A stretch of 19,279 bases of DNA from Histomonas meleagridis 2922-C6/04-290x (taxonomy: Eukaryota > Protista > Parabasalia), in NCBI GenBank assembly GCA_020184695.1, contig JAANOX010000012.1:1-19279 (forward strand), written 5' to 3'. Made by a program: the position numbers and the translations under genes. The notes under the pieces are model-generated. The model had not been told where the DNA came from. It did no database searches and worked only from the letters and a program-made list of their open reading frames with translations. Below, piece after piece: positions 1-11,100 of this stretch. How positions within the stretch are numbered: position 1 is the first letter of the stretch; every line of letters starts with the position of its first letter.

Positions 1-353
1 TCGGGTCTAGGAGGTGAGACTGTGAAATGCATACGCACTTTTATACGCGCTTTTCGTAATAAACATATACATTATATTAATGAATAACATTATAGAATAT
101 AGAGTTTCATGAAACGTTTCAAATATGTTGGATATTTCCAGACTTGACTCTGTAATTTTATTACAAGTTTCAATGCTAATAAAAGATAAAATAGAATATG
201 AACAAAAACAACAATTCATTAATTCTAACACGCACCGATCCCAAATTATTTATCATTTTATTATAAGTTTCAATGCGAATTAAATATACAAAAAAAATTC
301 GTTTGACTTAAAATTAATTTTTATTTAGAATGACTAAAGCCGAACTTATTTCA

Positions 354-3300
354 TTATTTTTTGAGACATTCCTTAAATTCCCGATATTGTTTAATTAAAG
401 TCTCATCGAAAGAATTTAATTTAACCAACACGTCCACAGTTGGGAGCAGGTTTATCAAAATGTTCCAAATTTCGTTGCACAACATCACTATTTCGTTTGG
501 TGTTTCATCGAGTAATTTCCCGTGGTTAATTTTCTCTATTATGTAATAGTAGTGACAACTTTCTTCGTTTGTATTAAATATCAAATTCAACGTATTAATA
601 AAAGGTTCGATACTTATCCCAATACTAAACATTCCCCATTGCGACATCATTTTCTTTGGCGGAATAATCGCTTCATAATTATCTTTAAGCTTCAACAAGT
701 TACATTTTAATTCGTTTAACTTCTCGATGTAATATTTCTCACGTGTGATCTCGACGTTTGAACTTGTTTTAACTTTCGAATATGAACAACATCCAGGCAA
801 AGGCGATTCCGTCACGAAGATATATCTTGAAACCATTTTATCATTCCAATCCTTTGCAATATATACTACATCTCGTTTAAATGTCGTTGCGTTTAATTTC
901 ATTAATTCATCAATAGACATAGTCTCGACTTGTAATATTTCTTGTTCAATAGTTTTATCATTTGTCGCAGGCATTATTCGACTTGTTTCGATTGGTTGGA
1001 TATTAATTAAACCTGAAGCTGAATAAGTCTTTTGGAAGTTTGTGATTAAGTCAGTGAATGTACCTTTCGGAAATGCATAAATCGATTCATTAAATTCTGT
1101 ATTAATTTTAGTGTTAAATTTAATTCGTGCAAATTCAATTTGTACACCTTCATTCGATTGCATATTACCATAAACTTTAGTAATCTTCTTAAAGACATCT
1201 CGAAGTAAACCAAATTGTCTTCTTTTCTCTAAGAAATCCGATAAATATAATGATATATCTCCAATTATCCAAAATAATTTGCCTTGAATACAATAATCCA
1301 TAGCTAATTGCATCGATTTGCTCATAGATTCTTCAGTAAAAATATCACTTTCCATAACTAAAAATGATTCTGTCGAATACGTAGAAATATCGACAATAGG
1401 TTCATCAACTATAAATGGAAATGCTTTACTACCTTCTTTAGGTACTCCTTCAACAATTTGTCCTTTAAGTTTAAATACATCGGCTATTAATCCACATAAA
1501 TGCCATTGCGTGACAAAACCTGATAAATAATTTTGTTTTTGTATATTATATGTAATAATTTTTGTATATATCGAAGCTCGAATTGATGGGAAATTAATAA
1601 ATTCTTTATATAATATTAAAAGTGCATTAATTTTATGTTCAAAGTTTTGGATTCGATTTGTAGCTTTAGTAATTTTTTCATATAATGTGATAACTTCAGT
1701 AAAAGTTTTAGGTAAATATTCCCAAAATGTTATAAACACCGAATTATCTTCTTTTAATAATGTATTACAAATTGATATCATTAACGCTAATTTACATCGT
1801 ATACCAGAAGGATTTAATTCTAATTCCAAATTTATTAACCATTTAATAAAACCTATTGAAAACATTCGTGCTTCAAGTAATTTCATTTGTGTTATAGGTA
1901 ATACTGATTTAACTATTAATATAATTAATGTACTTTTTTCTAAGAATATTAATTTGGAAAATTTAATGACAAATTTCGAAAGTGTTTGAAATAATATTTT
2001 AAAGATTGTATTCGGTTGATCAGAAGAATGTAATATATGGAATAATAATGAAAATATTGATGTAATGACATCGATTTTATCTGTTTCAAAGTCTAATAAT
2101 GAAGATATAAATTGTAAAATTCGCCAATTACATTCATATTTACAATTTAATTGATTATTAGAGAAATAAACAGATTCTTTAGAGAACTCTAATAACATTG
2201 TTGTATCATAAATATTACTTAAGAACTCAATAAAACCAATTTGATTATCTGTCGATAACATATTAAAATATAATATAAATTGTTTCTTGTCACAATTCTT
2301 CATGAAGAATAATAAAATTGGAGTTAAACTAAACTTCTTTTCAATATGTGAAGATAATGAATCATAAAAAGTAAATATCGATGGTAATAAAGGAAAGATA
2401 ATTCTAGCAATGATATGTGCATTATTAGGTATAACATATTGTTCTAATGTAGATGCTAAAATAGTCATTGTATAAGCAGCTGATTGAATTAATTCATTTT
2501 CATTCTTCATAAATGCATCTGTTACAGTTCGATAAAATAATGAAAGTAATGGTACATAAGGTGAATAAGGTTTACCTAAATCTGAATAATTAGTTAATGT
2601 TAATGATTCGATAAATGGTAAATCGGAAAACAAATATTTATATACGAAAAATCGCTTATTAGTTTCTAAAAGTGATATGAAATAATATGAAATATTATGT
2701 ACAATCTTTTCATCAAAATACATTCGAAGTTGAAGTACAAAATCAGAAGCAGATTTTAATATGGAATTAGAATTAAATAATGCAATCGATTTGAAAAATG
2801 TTTTAATTAATTCTTGATCAAATTCATTCTCATAACACATCGATTTATATATAATTAAGAAGAATAATTGTGGCCAATCAACAATATCTTTAAGTGATCC
2901 CATTACAAAGTTAATAAATGTTTTTGTAAATGATTTCTCCGGAGTAAAGAATTGTTCAATCCAAACTTGTAATTCACTCATGTTAGAGAATTTAAAGAAA
3001 TCAAATAATTTAGAAACATCAACAGCTATTAATGAAGAATTAGTTAAACATCGTTGAATAACATATGGAGCTTCAGATTTATACATTGGATCATCAAAAT
3101 TAACATCATCGCCTGATATTAATAATGCTTGTTTAGTTTCGGGTGGTGGACATATAACTGTGGGATATATAGATGTAAGTTTAATGATGTTATCGCCACG
3201 TGTAAATGTAGCTTTAACATGAATACCTCGCGATTCCATTTTAACATTATGTTCTTCAATTTGTTTAGTAAGTGGTAATGTAATGGTTAATACTGGATTT

Positions 3301-4499
3301 AATTTACCTTTGTCATATGTATTAACTTCAATAACAAGACTAATTCGATCATTAATGGCAAAATCTAAATAAAAATTAAGTGGCTCAAGTAATGTAATAC
3401 GTTCTTCAAATGATGTTGTAATAGATGAATACCCGATGTTACTCTTTTCATTACGATTAGGTGTAATAAAGGTGGAATGTGTTTTAATATTTGGATCTTG
3501 ATTTAGAAGTTTGATGCTGGAGGTTATGACAAGTTTACTTTTTGAGGGGAAAAGTGAACGGTTGTGTTCAATCATTATATCGGAGACCGTTAAGAGTGGT
3601 GATGGATAAAATGAATCAAATGCTGTAAGACGACAAACTTTCTCAGCTGTTATTTCTTCAACATGTTCTGAACTAACTTGGATTTGGATGCTGTTGTTCT
3701 CAGGAAATTCAAAATGTTGCATTAAGGTTGAACCTGGTTTATAATCAACCCATTTAATCTTGATATCTTTATCTAATTCAACTGGAGAAAAACCTACATG
3801 AACAAGCTCACCATAAATATTTTGGTTTTCTGGAAATTCATTATATAAAAGAAATATGATATAAACTTTTTCAACAAATGGATACGGCATTATGACGCCA
3901 TTATCAAAGCTACGTTGAAAAGAAGAAAAAGAGGTTTTGCTGTTGATTCTAATGGTTTCAGTAATAACTTTATCTGTAAATATAAACATGTCAACAAATT
4001 GTTTTCCATCTGAAGGTACTGAGGTAACATTGTTTATCTGTAAAAACTTGATTTTAGTATGTGGTGTTGTGTAAGGAAATGCAAGTGATCTTTGCGCTGC
4101 TTGTGCAGAAACATCAACAACAGGAGTAGAAATATAGTCAAATTGGAGAGGCTCTTTTTGATTTAATGTTTCAGCAAAACCATTTGGTGATGCACGTTTT
4201 TCGTTTTTTGGTTCGATTTCAGATAATTGACTTTCATTAATACTATCACATGCGTCCTGTTGTTGAATTGGCGTTGCTGATGGTGGAATAATCAAAAAAG
4301 ATGTTTCGATTTGTCGGTGATTATTTATCCAAGGGATTGTTGAAAATTCCTCTTTAGAAAGTGAAAAAAATCTGTAAAGAGGAGGCAAGCATCCAATTTT
4401 TATCTTGCTTTGACCTGGTTGAGGTACCTCTTCGTTCAATGGAATAATGGAATCCGTTAAATCAAGTCCACTGTAAAAAACCGCTGCTTTACAACGCAT
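354..4499 (-). CDS. DOCK-family (Zizimin-like) Rho GEF homologue with a divergent C-terminal DHR-2-like domain, 1381 aa
   Basis: Intact 1381-aa ORF. The C-terminal third follows the DHR-2 motif order: RASIYTKIITYNIQKQNYLSGF...HLCGLIADVF (cf. RxxWLxxLAxxHxxxxNxSEAA...HxAALIAEYL), LSDFLEKRRQFGLLRDVFKKITKVY (cf. LIPIxExxRDxxxLxxxY), EFARIKF (cf. YFRVxF), ESIYAFP (cf. EFIY), YIFVTESPLPG (cf. TILTTxxxFP). Recognised by eye, not by HMM. Confidence 0.65.
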   Translation of the reverse strand: MRCKAAVFYSGLDLTDSIIPLNEEVPQPGQSKIKIGCLPPLYRFFSLSKEEFSTIPWINNHRQIETSFLIIPPSATPIQQQDACDSINESQLSEIEPKNEKRASPNGFAETLNQKEPLQFDYISTPVVDVSAQAAQRSLAFPYTTPHTKIKFLQINNVTSVPSDGKQFVDMFIFTDKVITETIRINSKTSFSSFQRSFDNGVIMPYPFVEKVYIIFLLYNEFPENQNIYGELVHVGFSPVELDKDIKIKWVDYKPGSTLMQHFEFPENNSIQIQVSSEHVEEITAEKVCRLTAFDSFYPSPLLTVSDIMIEHNRSLFPSKSKLVITSSIKLLNQDPNIKTHSTFITPNRNEKSNIGYSSITTSFEERITLLEPLNFYLDFAINDRISLVIEVNTYDKGKLNPVLTITLPLTKQIEEHNVKMESRGIHVKATFTRGDNIIKLTSIYPTVICPPPETKQALLISGDDVNFDDPMYKSEAPYVIQRCLTNSSLIAVDVSKLFDFFKFSNMSELQVWIEQFFTPEKSFTKTFINFVMGSLKDIVDWPQLFFLIIYKSMCYENEFDQELIKTFFKSIALFNSNSILKSASDFVLQLRMYFDEKIVHNISYYFISLLETNKRFFVYKYLFSDLPFIESLTLTNYSDLGKPYSPYVPLLSLFYRTVTDAFMKNENELIQSAAYTMTILASTLEQYVIPNNAHIIARIIFPLLPSIFTFYDSLSSHIEKKFSLTPILLFFMKNCDKKQFILYFNMLSTDNQIGFIEFLSNIYDTTMLLEFSKESVYFSNNQLNCKYECNWRILQFISSLLDFETDKIDVITSIFSLLFHILHSSDQPNTIFKILFQTLSKFVIKFSKLIFLEKSTLIILIVKSVLPITQMKLLEARMFSIGFIKWLINLELELNPSGIRCKLALMISICNTLLKEDNSVFITFWEYLPKTFTEVITLYEKITKATNRIQNFEHKINALLILYKEFINFPSIRASIYTKIITYNIQKQNYLSGFVTQWHLCGLIADVFKLKGQIVEGVPKEGSKAFPFIVDEPIVDISTYSTESFLVMESDIFTEESMSKSMQLAMDYCIQGKLFWIIGDISLYLSDFLEKRRQFGLLRDVFKKITKVYGNMQSNEGVQIEFARIKFNTKINTEFNESIYAFPKGTFTDLITNFQKTYSASGLINIQPIETSRIMPATNDKTIEQEILQVETMSIDELMKLNATTFKRDVVYIAKDWNDKMVSRYIFVTESPLPGCCSYSKVKTSSNVEITREKYYIEKLNELKCNLLKLKDNYEAIIPPKKMMSQWGMFSIGISIEPFINTLNLIFNTNEESCHYYYIIEKINHGKLLDETPNEIVMLCNEIWNILINLLPTVDVLVKLNSFDETLIKQYREFKECLKK

Positions 4500-4531
4500 T
4501 ATTTTCGCTGTAGATTTTTTCTGAGAGAAAA

Positions 4532-4537
4532 AAGTGA
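4532..4537 (-). promoter_or_regulatory. Trichomonad-type initiator (Inr) TCACTT upstream of the DOCK-like gene
   Basis: Minus-strand TCACTT followed by a T-run, 32 nt upstream of the ATG at 4499. Matches the TCA(T/C)T(T/A) Inr known from Trichomonas vaginalis. Confidence 0.5.
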
Positions 4538-4818
4538 CGGTGTCATGAAAAGAACTTTATTTTTACAGAGCTATTAAAAATGCTTTTGGATTTATGGATC
4601 AAAACGTTAATCAATGAAACATTTATTATGAATTATTGTATATTTTTGCCAATTAGAAGATGATTTCACAATTTCATAGAAAATTATTTTATGACATAAA
4701 AATTCGAATCAAAACTTAATTACGTATTAAAAGTTATTATTTATCAAGTATTTATTTTTGCAGAAATTTTTTATTCGATCACTTTTTTTATGAGTATTTA
4801 CATTTAAAACCAATTTAA

Positions 4819-6888
4819 TCATTGGTTTATTGGACCTATTAAATTCGCAAAATACTCAATTGAATCGTCATCTAACAATTCAAGAAATTCGGAAGAATCT
4901 GAATCTGATGTTTGGAATTCGCAAAAATCTGGAACAGGGAGTCGATCACAGTCAGAGCTAAGCTCAAAGTCATAAAACTTCTTTTGTTTCTTCTTTAGAG
5001 CTTTGAGCGATGCTCTTCTTCTTCTTTTATGAATCGGTTTCTTCTTCTTTTTGTCTCCATTTTTCACGTCATCTGTTTGGCATTCAACGTCTTCTGTCTC
5101 TGGTTGTTCTTGTGGAGTCGATTCATCTTTTTCTGAAATCTGATTTTGATCATCCTTTTCTATCTGGTTCTTTTCTACTTTCTTTTCGTTCTTTTCAGGG
5201 TTTTCATCCTCTTCAAGTTTAGATATATGTTGTATTAGTTCATGTCCAGAAAGGATTACAAATGTTGGAACTATTTCAGGTTTCTTTGTTGGAAGTAATC
5301 CAAGTAGCTCAGTTGATGCTGATTTTAGGGTGAGGCTCCTTTTTGACCTTGGTTTTAATGATATTTTTGAGTTATTAGAAATGTGATTAGATGCTAAAGA
5401 TCCAGGGATTTTGTTGTTTTCTTTGAAGAGCATTATTTGGTCGATTTTCTTTGTGAGGTTTAATGGAGTTTGGGAAACATTCTTCTTTAAAAGAGACGAA
5501 TAGAAAGATTTTATTTTCTTAGGGTTATTATCGTACTTTTTAACGGCCTCCATTAACGGTTTTGGCATTTTACAATTTATTTGAACGTTAACTAAGTCCA
5601 AATTTGGGAAAATTAAAATTATTATTTGCTTATATAAGTTTTTGTTATTATCAGATAACATTAATTTAGAAGTGCCGACCAAATAGAATGCTGTTAATAC
5701 AGAAGAAACGGAAAATGACGAAAACATTTTTTCATTTAATTCTTTTTTGTTCATAAAACAATTTAACAATAAACAAAGAACATTTGCTGTCTCGGAAAAA
5801 TTTGTTAGTGTTTCGAATATCTTAAAGACGAATTCTCGATAACTTCGATTGCAAAACAGGAAAATCAATTGTTTGTATATTTTAATTTCATGATATAAAG
5901 ATGTAATTGATGCAAACGAATTTTCCATTGTTTTAACATTTTTCTTTTTTGGTTTATACTGACAAAGTTTAAGGCATATTACATATGAATATAAATCTTT
6001 CATGAAATTGGAATTCATCAATTTTGATAGTGTGTAAAATGTTTGAATTGAGCTCTTTTTTTTGAGCAACGTGATTAACATTTGTTGTATTAATGGATAT
6101 GACATTCGGTTATAAATTAAATCGACTGTTGGATGAGGAAGAGGATATTCATTAATTGTTTTAGTAACTGATTCAAGCAAAATTTTCCGAAAATTAGGGA
6201 AAACACGAAGAAAAACTTTCTCCAATTTGCTCTGTTCGGAAATATTAGGTACTTTGTTTTCATCGGATAATATGTGATAAAGAAAAGTATTAAATAGAGG
6301 ACTTTTGATCGACGCCCTTCCAGTGAAAAACATTAAAGCAATTTTTAGGATGATTTCATCACTGAATTTGTGCTGATTTAATAAAAGTATTGAATTTAAT
6401 ACTTTTTCTGATGTAGAATTACTAGAATATTTCTCTATGAGTGCTTCGATTACATTTGGATCCCTTAAAACTACAATTTGAAAAATTGATTCCATATTTT
6501 GGATTGGATTATCAAGAAGAATAGAAACAAATTGAGGAAAAGTTTTTGTTGGAAGAAATACTGCACTTGCACTAGAAATCTTATAAAAAATATCTGAATC
6601 AATTTTTTCTAATTTCTGGAAATATGTGAAAAAATTTTTATAAAAATAATCAGGTAGCTTTTCTGGTACTTCTCCTAATTTTAAGTGATACCTTTCTGAT
6701 AGTACTCTGATAGAATTATTTGAAATTACTGGAATTTGAAGTAAAATTGAAAATAAATAAAGTACATCTTTTTCAATTTCAGAGCCCACCGAAGATATTG
6801 CTTGGCTTATCATGGTTCCTTTGGAAGCTGTTTTAATTTCATACATATCATTAATAACCGCCAAAAATATTGCTTCCTTTTCCATCAT
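4819..6888 (-). CDS. Hypothetical protein, 689 aa; helical N-terminal part, basic NLS-like segment and acidic C-terminal tail
   Basis: Intact long ORF. KKKKKPIHKRRRRASLKALKKKQKK is followed by a D/E/S-rich tail. No family recognised. Confidence 0.75.
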   Translation of the reverse strand: MMEKEAIFLAVINDMYEIKTASKGTMISQAISSVGSEIEKDVLYLFSILLQIPVISNNSIRVLSERYHLKLGEVPEKLPDYFYKNFFTYFQKLEKIDSDIFYKISSASAVFLPTKTFPQFVSILLDNPIQNMESIFQIVVLRDPNVIEALIEKYSSNSTSEKVLNSILLLNQHKFSDEIILKIALMFFTGRASIKSPLFNTFLYHILSDENKVPNISEQSKLEKVFLRVFPNFRKILLESVTKTINEYPLPHPTVDLIYNRMSYPLIQQMLITLLKKKSSIQTFYTLSKLMNSNFMKDLYSYVICLKLCQYKPKKKNVKTMENSFASITSLYHEIKIYKQLIFLFCNRSYREFVFKIFETLTNFSETANVLCLLLNCFMNKKELNEKMFSSFSVSSVLTAFYLVGTSKLMLSDNNKNLYKQIIILIFPNLDLVNVQINCKMPKPLMEAVKKYDNNPKKIKSFYSSLLKKNVSQTPLNLTKKIDQIMLFKENNKIPGSLASNHISNNSKISLKPRSKRSLTLKSASTELLGLLPTKKPEIVPTFVILSGHELIQHISKLEEDENPEKNEKKVEKNQIEKDDQNQISEKDESTPQEQPETEDVECQTDDVKNGDKKKKKPIHKRRRRASLKALKKKQKKFYDFELSSDCDRLPVPDFCEFQTSDSDSSEFLELLDDDSIEYFANLIGPINQ

Positions 6889-7099
6889 GACTCCGTTTTT
6901 GTCACTTTTATTTATACGCGGTGTGACGTCGGTTTAAAATTTTCAACAACGTTTTTTTTATCAGTAAAAAGCCCTCAAAAATATTTTAAAGAATTTGTTC
7001 AACATTTGTTAGAGGACATTAACTTCTATTGCATTTTGGAGAGTTAACATTATCATATAGAGGTATATAGGTTCCTTTCATATTAGCTCAACAGAGAAG

Positions 7100-7130
7100 T
7101 TTTTTATTTTTTTTTTTTTTATTTTTTTTT
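7100..7130. repeat. Poly-T tract (31 nt with two A interruptions)
   Basis: Directly visible. Confidence 0.9.
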
Positions 7131-7379
7131 ACCTTGATGATCACCAAGTTCGAGCTCGAAGCTTTTAAAAGGCAGACTTTTTTTTGACATTTATATTATC
7201 ATCAGATGAACTTTGTACAAAGCAATAATTTTATAAAAAAAAACTTGCAATAATTCAATTGAATCACATTATTGCCATATGTAATTCTTAATCTAGTTTC
7301 TTGAGATTGATTAAATGGATCATTTTGATCATTGAAAATGACAATTTTTAGTTTTTGAAATCATAAATTCATTTGAAAA

Positions 7380-7760
7380 AATTTGTGTATGATTCAAGTT
7401 TAACTGAAACTCGATCCAACAAAAGGCTCAGGAGAAGTTATAAGATAATGGCTCTGATACAATGATACCTAAAATTGCTCATCGTCCCAATGTCATGATT
7501 TGAGAGCATTTCAAATCCAAGCTTGATGATATAATACGTGGTTCTGATTTTATTGATTATACCGCTAAAACATTTAAATTTTGTTGTATTTTAAAACATG
7601 ATTATGCCAGACAACACATATGAAAAAATGTCACTAGAGCTCGTTCAAATATAAATATAGAGATTTTTACATAATTCGCCTTGATGTAGTCCCGATTTTA
7701 ATGTGATCGAAGTCGTGTGAGCTATAATGAAACGAATTGTAAATGCATTTAAAAGTAAAA
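7380..7760 (+). pseudogene. Degenerate Tc1/IS630-type DDE transposase remnant
   Basis: Manual translation gives KIAHRPNVMI* (7471-7503; cf. KHxxxVMVW), ILKHDYARQH (D at 7600; cf. FQQDNARPH) and, after a +1 shift, NSP*CSPDFNVIEVV*AIMKRIV (7673-7741; cf. WPPxSPDLNPIExVWxxMKR). These are in the correct order, with multiple stops. No TIRs identified. Confidence 0.7.
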
Positions 7761-8106
7761 AATTCAATTTTATTACAAATTCTGAAAAAAATAGAAATAA
7801 TATCTCTACTCATGCCACCGCATAAAGGGTTTCGAAAATCAAACGAAACATTAATTTTATTATGTTTTCTTTTAAAAGAAGAATGCAAAAAGTCACTTTT
7901 ATATGATAACGATTTTTTGTGATTACAACAATAACCGCTCCGATAGAGTTTTTGTTGCCACTTTTTTAAAAAATGTACATTAGGATATATTCAATCGAAT
8001 ATTCTTTAAAATATTAGGATATATATTTAACTTTAGGATTTCAGGTGGCAATGAAAGAGTTTAACTTAAAAATCCAAGAATGAAATGAAACTTTTATTAA
8101 TAAATA

Positions 8107-11100
8107 TTATTTTATTCCCAATATTTCATTGAATGAAACCGTTGAGAATCCATGATTCTTAATTTTATTCACAAAGAATTCATACATACATACTCTGAAT
8201 TCCTCAAACTCAATTTGTTCCTGGTTCTGATCATCTTTTGGCTTTACAAATATCGATCGCCAATATCTCATTGTTTGATATATACTTGACAAATCATGGG
8301 AAAGTATAATTTTACCTTTACATGATTGTCCATCTCTGTATTGGTTTAAGTGTGGAACATTTAATGTGGAAATTGGAAGTTGATATGTTTTATGATTGCA
8401 CATATAATTATCGCACTTATATTGACCTATTTTTAGATCTTGTGAAAGGAACGATTGCACTTGTAGAATGAGTTGATTAGCAACAAATTTCCAATTATTG
8501 TGGAAATTGCAATTTGGGCAAATGATACATTTATTGAAAAATGGGGTAATTTCAATTTCTGCTGCACACTGAGTACAATGGAATGTAAGTTTAAAGAGTG
8601 TTGGAATTGAAGAATAAGAATTGTCATCACTTTGATAATTATTAAATGATAATGATGATTGAATACCTAAAGCACGTGATATTTGTCCTTGTTGGATACC
8701 ACCAAAAGGTTCACATAATCTCCATAATGGGTGTAAAAGTTGATTTGTTAAATACCAATTAACATCAGCTTCTTCAAATGATTGAACATCAAGATAATAT
8801 TTTGCCTTCTTACTGACTTCTTTATCATCTGAATTACATATTATGTATTTAATTGTTTCATTTGGTTGAATTACATTCCCTTTTTTGATGAGTTCCCTTG
8901 CTACAACCACATGCGGCGTGCTATCGTTCTCTGGATATTTGTCAATTGGCTTTTTCAATGTCTTCGATAGGAATAACTTTGACAGTGCGATTCCTTTTGG
9001 ATGTGTTCTACTTTCTTTTTCGACAGTATTTCCACCATTTCTCATCATATCTGCAACAACCTCGAGCTCATCCAAGATATTTTGTACCACGTCATCATTT
9101 TCAGAATTTGATGACATAAATTCTTGAATGATAAATCCACTTAAAGTTTTTGTTAAAGGACTCCAATCTCTTCTAACCATATCCAATCCTTTAGTTTCTA
9201 TGTGTGAAGACCTTGGAGGTTCTTCATGTACGAAAGCTGCGTATTTCTTTTTTTGTACTAATAACATTTTTTCAAATATAAAATCGACACCTAAAACCAA
9301 ACATCGATAATTCTTTGATATTAATTCCGACAATTTCAATGCGATTTTTTTAGCTTCGTCGACATCTTTTGTTCTTGTGTTCACCATAACAGAATCAGTA
9401 TCACCATAAATCACTTGAAACTGTTTATTTTCGATTGAAGTTTTTGTTGCGTTTAATATTTCACGACCTTTTTCTGTAATAAGTGCAGCAAGTTCTTTTG
9501 CTTGGAATCTTGAATTCTTATATCCGAGATAACCATACATTGAGTTCGCCAAAACTTTTACTGCTCTTTCTTTAATACTCAATTTTAATAATTGTTGATT
9601 TAAAGCGGCGAATTTCGAAGAGTTTTTATCAACTGTGTCTTGTGTTTTCTTTAATTTTGCTGTTTCATTTTTAATTTGTTTTCTTGCGTTGAGTAAATCG
9701 GTCATTATCGAAGGTAACACTCCATTAATTTTTGATTTTCTTGAAGCATTAGCATCCGGATTTTCCCTATTAACAGTAGTGAAACATATATTAAATTCAC
9801 GGATAATAGAAGGATATAAACTATTAAAGTCTAAAACAACTATACATGTATCATAAAATCCTCGTTGAGGTTCAAGGACCATTCCTCCTTTATACTTCGA
9901 GATACGTTTTAAAGGTCCTAAGTTTTCTAATTTTTCTGGTAATACATAATCACGTTCAAAGAATTCATGTAATAATAAACTTTCACATCGATGTGTAGCT
10001 TGACCTAATAAAACTCTTTCCCATGGACAACCACTTAGTTGAGATATTTGTAATGTAAGTGGTAATGTTTGAATTGTTTGAAGTAATCTTGAGACAAATA
10101 TTGTATCACGGATATTATATTTTATGATTTTGTCAAGTGAATTATAATCAGATAACATTTCTCGTATTAAGAAATGATCAATTTGTTGACGTTCTTCATT
10201 TAAATGTTCTTTAACTATCGACGAGAAATTTGTATCTTTCACTCGTAAAAATTCAGTACAAGATATTCGTAAATCAATTGGAACACGGCCTGAAATTACT
10301 GTTAAGAAATTAGCTTTCGAACCATGTGGATTAGTTCGTTTAAGTCTTCCAAGTTTCCACCAATTTGAGATATTAAACTTTTTCATTCTTTCGATTAAAA
10401 GTGGTCCATCATAAGTTACAAGTCCATATGAAGATATTAGATCAATATCATATTTATCTAAAGTTTCAACAAATTTTGATAATAATTCTTGTTCATTTGT
10501 ACATATTTGAATGTCTTCTCGATTCATAACATCTCGACAATATTGACGACTTAATGATGTACTACCTAATGAACTTGCAAAAGTAATATTTTTTATCATT
10601 TGTTTAGAACCTGATGATTGAAATATTTCAATGTTCCATTTATAAAGGATACGTAAAGATATTAAAAATATTTCATTTTCATTTGTTTTTTCATTATGTA
10701 ATGAACGTAATGAAATAGTACATAAATTAAAATTAGGTATATGTTGTGGAATTTGTTCCAATGGAATACTTTTAATAAAAGTAATGTTAGGTATAGTTAT
10801 CATGGGTATTGTCGATGTTTGACCGAATTGTTTCGGATTATTAATAGTTATCCATGTCGGACCTCGTAAATGTTCTCTAAGTATAAATGATTCTGCAAGT
10901 GTTGAAGTAATTCCAAGTACATTCGAATAATGATTACCTTGTGATGGAATTTCATTTGGACGAAGTTTGGATGTAAATGAAACACAAAGCCATGAAGTAC
11001 GTTTCGGTATTGATAAATTATCAAATGCATAATTCTTAGATTGATATTCCATACTAACAATTCCACATTTGAGCTTGCTTGACAATGATTGAACTTCTTC

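Noticed and set aside
1-283. ORF 7..231 (-) and possible plus-strand gene tail (SGLGGETVKCIRTFIRAFRNKHIHYINE*, 1-87; a further open stretch to ~283)
   Set aside because: No recognisable motif, and the frames conflict. It cannot be resolved without upstream sequence.
361-1989. Short plus-strand ORFs (361, 522, 745, 1318, 1687)
   Set aside because: Antisense shadows of the DOCK-like CDS with no protein-like features.
5010-7047. Plus-strand ORFs 5010..5222 and 6802..7047
   Set aside because: Antisense to or overlapping the 689-aa gene; low-complexity translations.
7149-7170. Short palindromes TTCGAGCTCGAA and CTTTTAAAAG next to the poly-T tract
   Set aside because: Too short to distinguish from chance. 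No target-site duplication was found to support a retroposed insertion at the poly-T.
7667-7888. Minus-strand 73-aa ORF
   Set aside because: Antisense to the transposase remnant; no independent support.
7955-8051. TTGCCAC/GTGGCAA inverted pair and ATTAGGATATAT direct repeat as a possible Tc1 TIR or MITE
   Set aside because: Only a 7-bp match, and no partner sequence was found upstream of the transposase remnant.
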